DNA of 24,000 nucleotides from positions 54,680 through 78,679 of the forward strand of contig CAIULA010000029.1 of NCBI GenBank assembly GCA_903899945.1, in the 5' to 3' direction. The notes under the pieces were generated by a model. That model ran no database searches and was not told the DNA's origin. It saw only the letters and a program-made list of their open reading frames with translations. Source of the stretch: an uncultured Alphaproteobacteria bacterium (lineage in GTDB: Bacteria > Pseudomonadota > Alphaproteobacteria > Paracaedibacterales > CAIULA01). Within the stretch, counting starts at the first letter, position 1. Each line of letters begins with the position of its first letter. Positions 1 to 7,582 of the stretch are shown one piece after another. A program made the position numbers and the translations under genes.

Positions 1-486
1 AGCGCATGAGCATCGATTTTAATAGTTTTCTTATGTTCCTTTAAATAAGCTTCAGCTACAACACGCCCCTCATCTAAGGCATCTCTGACTGGTTGACCAA
101 ACCAAGTTTTTTCACCCACATTAAAAAATAAAGCAGAAAATACGACAACACAAATTGCAGGAGTTACCGCCACCAACGAAAATAAAGCTACGATATGAAC
201 ATGTAATTTTGCCCCCATTAAACCTCGGCGTCTTTCAAGCCATAGCTCAACTAATCTTTTGGCAATAATAACTGCCAATAAAAGAAGAAGGGTCAAATCG
301 AGGTAAATGAAAGGCAAAACAGTATGTGTTTTATCCGTCAGAGTTGTGCTCTGGGTAATGGCACAATAAGTAGCAATCCCTGATAAAAGGGCAGCTAAAC
401 TCAAAGCAAAGGGAAGCTTGCGCGATAAATTATAAATACGCGAAAACTTTAAAAACCGAGTATATAAATCTTGAAATGATAGAATA
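1..486 (-). CDS. ntrY: NtrY-like sensor histidine kinase, N-terminal membrane portion (gene continues past the left edge of the window)
   Basis: My own minus-strand translation; the ORF is not in the track because it runs off the edge. It reads ..RIYNLSRKLPFALSLAALLSGIATYCAI..LLLLAVIIAKRLVELWLERRRGLMGAKLHVHIVALFSLVAVTPAICVVVFSALFFNVGEKTWFGQPVRDALDEGRVVAEAYL.., colinear with the N-terminus of alphaproteobacterial NtrY as I recall it. The 5' end is unresolved: there is no ATG, GTG or TTG between the in-frame TAA (508-510) and the first TM helix. ATT at 484-486 is the only upstream candidate, and the first canonical in-frame start is TTG at 294-296. Confidence 0.6.
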
Positions 487-692
487 AGAAATCTCTCTTT
501 CTCGTATTAATCTGACTGATACATATAATAAAACTCTTCCTTCAGTCATTTTCAGAGTATAGCTTTTCTTATTCTTTTTTTCTACGGTCTAAAAAGCACA
601 TTTAAAGCATAAAGTAATTTATTTAAAATTTTATTTAAATGTTATAAGATTGTTTCTGTATCTCATAAAACTAAGGAGCTCTTTTTAAAGCC

Positions 693-3338
693 ATGAAGAT
701 GCTCATTGCTAAATTAAATCCTACTTGTAAAAAAGCTCTCGAAGCTGCTGTAGCACTGTGTGTTACCAAAGGAAATTACAATATCGAACTAGAACATTTC
801 CTTATAAAGCTTCTTGAACCAGCAGATTCTGATATTCAGGCCATTTTACGCTATTATGAAATTGACCTTCAAACTGTCTCAAGACAATTGCTTTCCGCAA
901 TCGAGAAATTATCAACCGGCAATAAGTCAAGCCCCGTCATATCAAGACATATATTAAATGTCTTAGAGCAGGCCTGGTTGATATCTTCCTTAAAATTAGG
1001 AGGGCAAAGAATACGTTCAGGCAGTATCTTAAATGCATTAATTGACGTTGACCCCTTAAGAGGGATTATTTTGGAAAACTGCCCTCTTCTTCTCAGAATT
1101 CCTCGTCTCGCTTTTGCAAAAGACATTGTAGAACTTTTAAAAGCAAGTCATGAAGATTCTTCTTCAAATACTCTTCCTCAAGATTCAGAAAATATCACCA
1201 AAGTTGACTCTTTAACGAATTCTAATTCTTCTAGCGATAGTGCCTTGGAAGAATATACTGAAAACTTAACACTAGCTGCAAAAAATGGAAAATTAGACCC
1301 AATCTTTGGACGAGAATCAGAAATAAGACAAGTCATTGATGTATTAACTAGAAGACGTCAAAATAACCCCATTCTTGTCGGCGAAGCGGGTGTTGGAAAA
1401 ACAGCGATTGTCGAAGGGCTTGCTCAAAGAATTTGCCAAAATGACGTTCCGCCCTCTTTGCAAGATGTTCATATCCACAAACTTGATTTAGGTTTATTAC
1501 AGGCGGGGGCCAGTGCAAAAGGCCAATTCGAGGAACGTCTTAATAGACTTTTGCAAGAAATCAAAAACTCTCCCCATCCAATCGTCTTGTTTATAGATGA
1601 AGCGCATTCTCTTATGGGAGCCGGTGGCACCCAAGGATTGGGAGACGCAGCGAACTTATTAAAACCAAGCCTTGCACGGGGTGAGCTCCGTACAATCGCT
1701 GCAACCACCTGGTCGGAATACAAACGTTATTTTGAAAAAGATTCTGCTCTTGTCAGGCGGTTTGAAAAAGTCAAAGTTAAAGAGCCAACCCCTGAGCAAG
1801 CAATCTCCATGCTTCGTTTGATTGCAGAAAAGTATCAGCAACATCATAAAGTTCCTATTTTAAATGAAGCCATTGAAGCTGCTGCTCGTCTTTCTCATCG
1901 TTTTTTACCAGAGCGGCGTTTACCTGATAAAGCGCTTACTGTTTTAGATACTGCATGCGCTCAAGTCTCTCTCTCAAGATCCGGGAAACCTGAAGAATTA
2001 CAAACATGCTTAAGTCATATTAACCTTCTGGGTATAGAACTTAAGATGCTTAAAAATGAAGAACATCAGGTTTTACCCTCATCTCTTGATCAATCAAATC
2101 CTATTCAAAAACGTACTTTAGATTTGGAAACTGAATTAAATATCGCGCATAATAAGTGCGAAGAGCTTCTAAAAAAATGGGAGGAGCAAGATCAAGCTGT
2201 TAGACAAGTAGAGAGCCTACGAAGGCAAGTCCAAAATCTTGATTCAGCAGAAGTTTCTTCTGTAAAAATTACTCTTCTGCAACACCAATTGATTCAATTA
2301 CAGCAATCTTTTGTTGAACTTCCCCCTGAGAATGTTTTGGTAAGTCAAGCAGTCGATCAAGTTGCCGTTGCAAGAGTTATAGCCAATTGGACAGGTATTC
2401 CCCTTGGGACGATTCTTGCGCAAGGCAATCGTATGTCTTTGGGTTATTTACTGAATGTTTTAAAAACAAGAATTGTTGGTCAAGAGGCGGCCCTTAGCAT
2501 ACTTGCGCAAAGCATAGTCAATTATCATGTTGGGCTCACTGACACAAATAAACCTATTGGCATCTTTATGCTTGCTGGTCCAAGCGGTGTTGGAAAAACA
2601 GAAACTGCCCTTGCACTTGCTGAAATTTTGACAGGAAGCCACCGTCATCTTGTCAGATTAAATATGGGTGAATTTCAAGAATCCCATTCCATTTCTATCC
2701 TTAAAGGTGCGCCCCCTGGGTATATTGGGTACGGAAAAGGGGGAACCTTAACAGAGGCCGTTCGTCAAAATCCCTACAGCGTCATCTTAGTAGACGAAGT
2801 TGATAAAGCCCATGAAGATATCATCAGTTTGTTTGCTCAAATCTTTGACAAAGGAATCTTAGAAGACAGCGAAGGTGTAGAGGTTGATTTCTCCAATACT
2901 CTTTTTGTTTTGACAACCAATCAAGGCGCAGAAATCATTCAAGAACGGTGCCATTCATTAAAAGAAACCGAAGATAAAACAATTGTGTTTCAACAGCTTA
3001 ACGCAAAGGTAACGGATGAACTTATCAAAGTTTTTGGAACTCCCTTTATTGCCAGAACAACCACTATTCCTTACCTTCCGTTAGGCATAACCGAGATCGA
3101 AGGTATTATTCGTCAAAAATTAGCCAATATTGAACAAAGACTAAAAGAAAAACATAAGTATGGCCTTATTTACTCAGAGGAATTCATCAAAAAAATTGCT
3201 CAGGAATTTATTGGACACAAAAGAGGCATCAGAGCCATTGAGATGTATTTATCACAAAATATCATCCCCTTATTAGCAGAAGCTGCTTTGAATCAAAAGT
3301 CTCAACCAGGAGAGATGGAAAAAATCAATATTGGCTAG
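693..3338 (+). CDS. tssH: Clp/Hsp100 AAA+ ATPase of the TssH/ClpV type (two AAA+ modules)
   Basis: 881-aa ORF. The N-domain LIAKLNPTCKKALEAAVALCVTKGNYNIELEHFLIKLLE matches the TssH N-terminus pattern (LNxxCxxALExAxxLCxxxxxxxxExEHxLLKLLE). D1 has Walker A GEAGVGKT, Walker B LFIDEAH and the pore-loop region AGASAKGQFEERL, which is ClpV-like and lacks the ClpB KYRGEFE tyrosine. D2 has Walker A GPSGVGKT, GAPPGYIGYGKGGTLTEAVRQNPYSVILVDEVDKAH. A coiled-coil middle region lies between them. Confidence 0.85.
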   Translation: MKMLIAKLNPTCKKALEAAVALCVTKGNYNIELEHFLIKLLEPADSDIQAILRYYEIDLQTVSRQLLSAIEKLSTGNKSSPVISRHILNVLEQAWLISSLKLGGQRIRSGSILNALIDVDPLRGIILENCPLLLRIPRLAFAKDIVELLKASHEDSSSNTLPQDSENITKVDSLTNSNSSSDSALEEYTENLTLAAKNGKLDPIFGRESEIRQVIDVLTRRRQNNPILVGEAGVGKTAIVEGLAQRICQNDVPPSLQDVHIHKLDLGLLQAGASAKGQFEERLNRLLQEIKNSPHPIVLFIDEAHSLMGAGGTQGLGDAANLLKPSLARGELRTIAATTWSEYKRYFEKDSALVRRFEKVKVKEPTPEQAISMLRLIAEKYQQHHKVPILNEAIEAAARLSHRFLPERRLPDKALTVLDTACAQVSLSRSGKPEELQTCLSHINLLGIELKMLKNEEHQVLPSSLDQSNPIQKRTLDLETELNIAHNKCEELLKKWEEQDQAVRQVESLRRQVQNLDSAEVSSVKITLLQHQLIQLQQSFVELPPENVLVSQAVDQVAVARVIANWTGIPLGTILAQGNRMSLGYLLNVLKTRIVGQEAALSILAQSIVNYHVGLTDTNKPIGIFMLAGPSGVGKTETALALAEILTGSHRHLVRLNMGEFQESHSISILKGAPPGYIGYGKGGTLTEAVRQNPYSVILVDEVDKAHEDIISLFAQIFDKGILEDSEGVEVDFSNTLFVLTTNQGAEIIQERCHSLKETEDKTIVFQQLNAKVTDELIKVFGTPFIARTTTIPYLPLGITEIEGIIRQKLANIEQRLKEKHKYGLIYSEEFIKKIAQEFIGHKRGIRAIEMYLSQNIIPLLAEAALNQKSQPGEMEKINIG

Positions 3339-3348
3339 TAATTTTTTC

Positions 3349-4665
3349 TCACGGTTTCTGATCAATAATAAGCTGAGCCTCTTTGACAGCCAAATTAAGG
3401 GCCTCTTCTGTTGGTTTCTTTTGAACTAAAATTGACTCTATAGAATCAATAATTTTTTCACGGACTGGGCCATAATTTGTAATGCGCATCCCATTAGGAA
3501 GGTCTTGATTGGCGCGCTCTATAACTTGCTCTACGGCAAGCCTAGACACCGGATTTTCTTTGTAATAACGCCCAGCCTTGGTTTTCTCATAAGCACCTAT
3601 CGTTGTTGGCAAGTATCCTGTTGTTTCATGCCATTTTTGTTGAACTTTTTCGCTAGCTAAGTAACTTATAAATTCAATAACTCCGCCATATGAAGGATGT
3701 CCATCCAATATCCATATAGACGTGCCGCCAACGTTTAAAGCATAAGGACCATTCGGCACCATTTTCGCCCAGTAAGGGTACACTCCAAAACCAACATCAA
3801 ACCCTTTGTCCTTTATATAACCTAGACGATTTGCCCCCTGAAGAAGCATAGCGCATTCTTGCTTAACAAATTTTTCTTCTGCTTTTTCAGCTACTCTTCC
3901 TGAATAAGCATAAAAACCTTTTTTCTCCCATTCTAGAAACTTATTAAGCTGATCAACAAATGGCTTTGTGTTAATCAAAAGTTTGGGGTTTTTACCATAA
4001 AAACCATTTTTATGAGTCGCATAAGGTATATTATGAACAACCGAAAAATGCTCCAAAAGATAAGCTGCAGGCCAAGCCGTTGTGAAAGCGGTATAACCAG
4101 CCTGTCTCAATTTCTCGGCGTAAACTTCCATTTCTTCCCAGGTTCCAGGAGCCTTGTCAGGAAGACCTGCTTTTTTAAAAATGTCTTTATTGTAAAATAG
4201 AATTGCGGTCGAACAATTAAATGGTAAAGAATAAAGATTCTCTTTTTCTTCATTTGATTCTTTAAAGGAATAAAACTCCTTAATAACGGGTACAAATTTT
4301 GCTGCCTCAATATCTATCAATTGATATAATGGAACGTAATCATCTTTTTGATTATATATTGTTGGTGTGTTATATTCAGAAACCATGAGCAAATGGGGTC
4401 TTTTTGAACGGTCTGAAACTTTAAAGGTGTTATGAAAGCTCTCAGTATAATTTCCGCCATACTCTAGGATGACTTTGTGTGAAGAATTCTTGTTAAAGTC
4501 ATCGACTATCTTGATCAGGGTTTCTTCTAAAAATCCAACCAAAGAATGCCTGAAATGAATTTCTTTAGGGGCCTTAGGAAAAAGAAAATAGCCCCCTATT
4601 CCTGCCAAAGCAATCCCAGCTAAAGAGAAAATTTGCGCGTACTTTAAGAAAAAACGTAAGAACAT
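3349..4665 (-). CDS. ugpB: sn-glycerol-3-phosphate ABC transporter substrate-binding protein (UgpB-like, SBP family 1)
   Basis: Colinear with E. coli UgpB as recalled: SLPFNCSTAILFYNKDIFKKAGLPDKAPGTWEEM versus [35 protein letters not shown], and WHETTGYLPTTIGAYEKTKAGRYYKENP versus [28 protein letters not shown]. The track start at 4671 is TTG. ATG at 4665 is preceded by GAGGG with a 6-nt spacer, so I prefer 4665. The N-terminus is hydrophobic (signal or anchor). Confidence 0.8.
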   Translation of the reverse strand: MFLRFFLKYAQIFSLAGIALAGIGGYFLFPKAPKEIHFRHSLVGFLEETLIKIVDDFNKNSSHKVILEYGGNYTESFHNTFKVSDRSKRPHLLMVSEYNTPTIYNQKDDYVPLYQLIDIEAAKFVPVIKEFYSFKESNEEKENLYSLPFNCSTAILFYNKDIFKKAGLPDKAPGTWEEMEVYAEKLRQAGYTAFTTAWPAAYLLEHFSVVHNIPYATHKNGFYGKNPKLLINTKPFVDQLNKFLEWEKKGFYAYSGRVAEKAEEKFVKQECAMLLQGANRLGYIKDKGFDVGFGVYPYWAKMVPNGPYALNVGGTSIWILDGHPSYGGVIEFISYLASEKVQQKWHETTGYLPTTIGAYEKTKAGRYYKENPVSRLAVEQVIERANQDLPNGMRITNYGPVREKIIDSIESILVQKKPTEEALNLAVKEAQLIIDQKP

Positions 4666-4757
4666 CAACAACCCTCAAGCCCTAAATAAAGGTAAACTAT
4701 ACAGGCTTAGAAATATACTCTATAGGGGGAAAAGGTCAAGGCTAGAAATAACACTAT

Positions 4758-4786
4758 AAAAAAAGCACCCGTTGAGGTGCTTTTTT
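4758..4786. terminator. Bidirectional rho-independent terminator
   Basis: AAAAAAGCACC-cgttga-GGTGCTTTTTT. The core stem is 7 bp (4763-4769 / 4776-4782), extendable by A/T pairs, with a 6-nt loop, an A-run on the 5' side and a T-run on the 3' side. It lies 48 nt downstream of the minus-strand 78-aa gene. Confidence 0.7.
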
Positions 4787-4834
4787 AAGTCATAGGAAAA
4801 AGCGCCAAGCTACCATTTTTTCATTTGTCTTTTT

Positions 4835-5071
4835 CTAGGCTGATTCTTTTTCTTGAGCCGTCCAATTGAGCCAACCATATATGTTAAAAGCTATAAAAAT
4901 AGTATAAAGACCGCATTGCGCCCATATACCACGGCTTGCATCAACGCATAGCCAAGCCATATTGCACAAACCCCAGATCAGAAACCCAATTTTCTTACGT
5001 TGACTGTTTAAAAGGGTTCCATAAATCGTAACAGCTGTTAAGCACCAGGTAAAAATTGAGAAAGTATCCAT
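4835..5071 (-). CDS. Small three-TM membrane protein resembling a single PnuC-type repeat
   Basis: 78-aa ORF with an ATG start, three predicted hydrophobic helices and a terminator downstream. The motifs GTLLNSQRKKIGFLIWGLCNMAW and FNIYGWLNW resemble the PnuC signatures (lysine-rich loop followed by WxxWxxxN, and C-terminal YGWxxW) as I recall them. Confidence 0.55.
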   Translation of the reverse strand: MDTFSIFTWCLTAVTIYGTLLNSQRKKIGFLIWGLCNMAWLCVDASRGIWAQCGLYTIFIAFNIYGWLNWTAQEKESA

Positions 5072-5182
5072 TGTTCGCCTTTTTAAAGTGAGAAATTTTC
5101 ACAAAGATAATACATTGTGGGTTATTTTTAAATAGATTCCTTAAAAAATGTGAATATTATAAAAGACTCTTAAAACCACTAC

Positions 5183-5659
5183 TCAATAATGAATCTTATC
5201 CATTTTTTTCATCCAAGCTTCAAAAACCTTGATGGCCTCGTCACGCCCCATTTGTTCCATGGAAACTTGGCGATGATGAAATGGCTTGGCAAGTTCTTGG
5301 TAAAAAAACTCATCATCAAAGCCAATAGAAGCAGCATCTTGCCGCGTATTGGCATAATAAATCTTATCAATTCTCGCCCAAAAAGCTGCCGCCAAACACA
5401 TAGGACATGGCTCACAGCTTGTATATAAAATAGCATTTTTAAGATGAAACGAAGAAACGTGCTTACAAGCTTCTCTAATAGCAATAACCTCAGCATGTGC
5501 CGTTGGATCATTTAATGATGTCACCTGATTCCAGCCAGAACCAATGATTTTGTTATCTAAAACAACAACCGCTCCAAAAGGCCCGCCAGCACCTGCTAAC
5601 ATCTTTTCATGGGATAGGCGAACGGCTTGTTGCATTGCCTCTTGATGATGAATGGTCAT
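5183..5659 (-). CDS. guaD: Guanine deaminase (CDA-fold, B. subtilis GuaD type)
   Basis: GGPFGAVVVLDNKIIGSGWNQVTSLNDPTAHAEVIAIREACK...ILYTSCEPCPMCLAAAFWARIDKIYYA...AASIGFDDEFFYQEL is nearly colinear with B. subtilis GuaD, including the HAE and CEPCPMC zinc motifs and the terminal Y. The track ORF (to 5704) overlaps the upstream gene, so I trimmed it to ATG at 5659, 4 nt after the upstream stop. Confidence 0.8.
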   Translation of the reverse strand: MTIHHQEAMQQAVRLSHEKMLAGAGGPFGAVVVLDNKIIGSGWNQVTSLNDPTAHAEVIAIREACKHVSSFHLKNAILYTSCEPCPMCLAAAFWARIDKIYYANTRQDAASIGFDDEFFYQELAKPFHHRQVSMEQMGRDEAIKVFEAWMKKMDKIHY

Positions 5660-5663
5660 AGAT

Positions 5664-6518
5664 TTAATAGGGACCTCTATAAACAGGAGCTGAAGTTGGA
5701 ACAATCATAGGCGGCTCAGAACTTGCATAAGCAGGATTGTAACCCGGAGCTGCCACAGCCGGGAGGTGCGCCGGATAGGAGGCGTATCCATTCACTTGAG
5801 AAGCAGGCATTTGAGCCGGATAAGGATTATGCTGCTGAACATATTGTTGAGTAGGGTATACAGGCGCAGCAGCAGGCCTTTGAGGCGAATAAGCTGCGCG
5901 ATGAGCATTCTTATGCTGTAAATTACTTGGCATACGAGGCTGCGGAACCATAGCCACCCCACCCATTGTTGCATACTGAGGAGAAACGATTCCTTGAGTT
6001 CCCTTCACAACGGTTGGCTGATGATGGCCCTGCACGAAGCCGGGTGTGGGCATATGGGATGGGTTAAGGCTTGCCATTTGTGCTTGTCCTTTTGGGTCCC
6101 CAATCCCATATAAGTTAACAGCCATCAAAAATCCGCTTAAGAAAAACAACGTACCTAAAAACATTAATGTAATAACAAGACCCAATAAAGATAGTTTATT
6201 CATAGCAAAAAATAACTCCTGATCAATCCATTGGCGCTTAAATATAGTTAAAAAAGAAAAACTATCCTGAAAATAGGATTGTCTTGATTTTGTACGTTTA
6301 AGGGATGTAGAAAACGACTGATAGGTCCGTTTTCCTCCATCTCGAACAGGATGCAACTCTATAACTGGATCTTTTTCCTTATACAAATGAGAGCTTGAAG
6401 AATCTTCTGTGGGCTTTGCCTGAAAATTAAACCACTCCGGCCTAAATTGCTCATAATGACCATAACGGTCTTCTTCTTTCCATGAAGATTGGTGCGCTGC
6501 CTTTGATTTTAAAATCAC
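5664..6518 (-). CDS. Hypothetical single-pass membrane protein with a Pro/Gln/Tyr/Ala-rich low-complexity C-terminal half
   Basis: 284-aa ORF. GTG start with AAGGAG 5 nt upstream. It has a basic N-terminal ~105 aa, one TM helix (LSLLGLVITLMFLGTLFFLSGFLMAV) and then about 150 aa rich in P, Q, Y and A with recurring xPxY / YP motifs. I recognise no family. Confidence 0.6.
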   Translation of the reverse strand: MILKSKAAHQSSWKEEDRYGHYEQFRPEWFNFQAKPTEDSSSSHLYKEKDPVIELHPVRDGGKRTYQSFSTSLKRTKSRQSYFQDSFSFLTIFKRQWIDQELFFAMNKLSLLGLVITLMFLGTLFFLSGFLMAVNLYGIGDPKGQAQMASLNPSHMPTPGFVQGHHQPTVVKGTQGIVSPQYATMGGVAMVPQPRMPSNLQHKNAHRAAYSPQRPAAAPVYPTQQYVQQHNPYPAQMPASQVNGYASYPAHLPAVAAPGYNPAYASSEPPMIVPTSAPVYRGPY

Positions 6519-6815
6519 ATAAGCTCCTTACAATGCCAATGACATCAGCCCGACATCATCCTATCTTATGTCATTGTACAATCTTTTTACATTAATTTTA
6601 ACTAATTTTTAATATTTTTGGATAAAATAATATTTATACTCAAGACATTTCAAGTTATCTGGATTGCCACACCCCTAATGGAGTTTATGATAGCAATTAT
6701 GGTCATAATAGATTTCTTGCATAATCCGTCACTATACCGTCATCCTCGCAGTAAAGAGAAGATCTTAAGGATACTTAGGTATAAGTCCGAACATGGCAGG
6801 GATTATGTAAGAAGT

Positions 6816-7301
6816 CTATTGGATATAAGAAACAAGTGAATAAGGGCCTTCTTGCCTTAAGAGTTCGGTTGTATAGCCAATAGTCTCTAAAGAAAATCTA
6901 TCTTCTTCACTTATTTCAGAATTATTTTCTTTTTGTGATTCATCCACTTGAAATATGGAATCCTCATTGCTATCTGTATGCGCAGAAGCATCAGTGGGAT
7001 GAAGTGGATTTACAAAAAGCCGACCCGAACGATGAGGTGCCTTTGTTCTGAAAACACGAACTTTTCCCGCCTCATTTATAACGTAATAGTTGGGAGTATA
7101 TGACATTTTAGGATCTTGCATCTGATTTTCAGATTTTTCGTCTTCTGGAGAGTAAGAGATCCTTACGTAAGCTGGATATGAGTGTATCGCAGTGTGGTCA
7201 TCATGATCGCTGCTCCACGCATCTGCATGGACGTTTTCATTTAGAAAAAAAGAAAACAAGCCTAGCGCCAATACAATTTTTCCAACATTAGCAACCATCA
7301 T
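6816..7301 (-). CDS. Hypothetical secreted acidic protein (N-terminal signal peptide)
   Basis: 161-aa ORF. Signal-like N-terminus MMVANVGKIVLALGLFSFFLNENVHA|DA, GGGGA upstream of the ATG, and an Asp/Glu/Ser/His-rich mature part. No recognisable family. Confidence 0.5.
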   Translation of the reverse strand: MMVANVGKIVLALGLFSFFLNENVHADAWSSDHDDHTAIHSYPAYVRISYSPEDEKSENQMQDPKMSYTPNYYVINEAGKVRVFRTKAPHRSGRLFVNPLHPTDASAHTDSNEDSIFQVDESQKENNSEISEEDRFSLETIGYTTELLRQEGPYSLVSYIQ

Positions 7302-7434
7302 ACTTCCCCAGATATAACTTATCCTGGGATCAGATTATCACAACAAATATTAACAAAAGGTTACTGGATAATTTTTCTTATATACTGCTCGCACTTGAAG
7401 ATATCTTTTTTCTATTTCATCTCTTAAACAGTTT

Positions 7435-7491
7435 TCCTCGTGCTTGAGACACGAGGATCCATGCTATGGACCCCACGGTGGGGCCGTGGGG
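7435..7491. repeat. GC-rich triple-hairpin palindromic element (REP/MITE-like)
   Basis: Three abutting perfect hairpins: TCCTCGTG-cttgaga-CACGAGGA (7435-7457), TCCAT-gct-ATGGA (7458-7470) and CCCCACGG-tgggg-CCGTGGGG (7471-7491). It is much more GC-rich than the surrounding spacer and has no flanking U-run. It shares CCTCGT..CACGA(G/A)GAT..GCTATGG with the element at 22321-22383. Confidence 0.6.
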
Positions 7492-7582
7492 AAACTAAGG
7501 AAAAAAACAGGCATCTTGATTTTTTTTGGGCATATCGCATCATGCGCCAAATATTTTCCTGAGAAAACCATACGACTGGTAT

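Noticed and set aside
869-2648. Several 62-85-aa minus-strand ORFs inside clpV
   Set aside because: They are antisense to a gene with continuous strong family motifs, and none has RBS or motif support.
5183-5704. 173-aa version of the deaminase ORF
   Set aside because: The extra 15 N-terminal codons overlap the 3' end of the upstream 284-aa gene. GuaD colinearity starts at MTIHHQEAM (ATG 5659).
6529-6578. 9-bp inverted repeat CAATGACAT-N22-ATGTCATTG just upstream of the 284-aa gene
   Set aside because: It could be an operator or a 5'-UTR hairpin, but a single 9-bp repeat in AT-rich DNA with no second copy or known motif is not enough to call.
6618-6839. 73-aa plus-strand ORF (TTG start) in the spacer upstream of the 284-aa gene
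   Set aside because: It has no RBS and a non-ATG start, overlaps the 3' end of the convergent 161-aa gene, and has AT-rich composition with no recognisable motif. It is probably a chance ORF in promoter DNA, although a small membrane peptide cannot be excluded.
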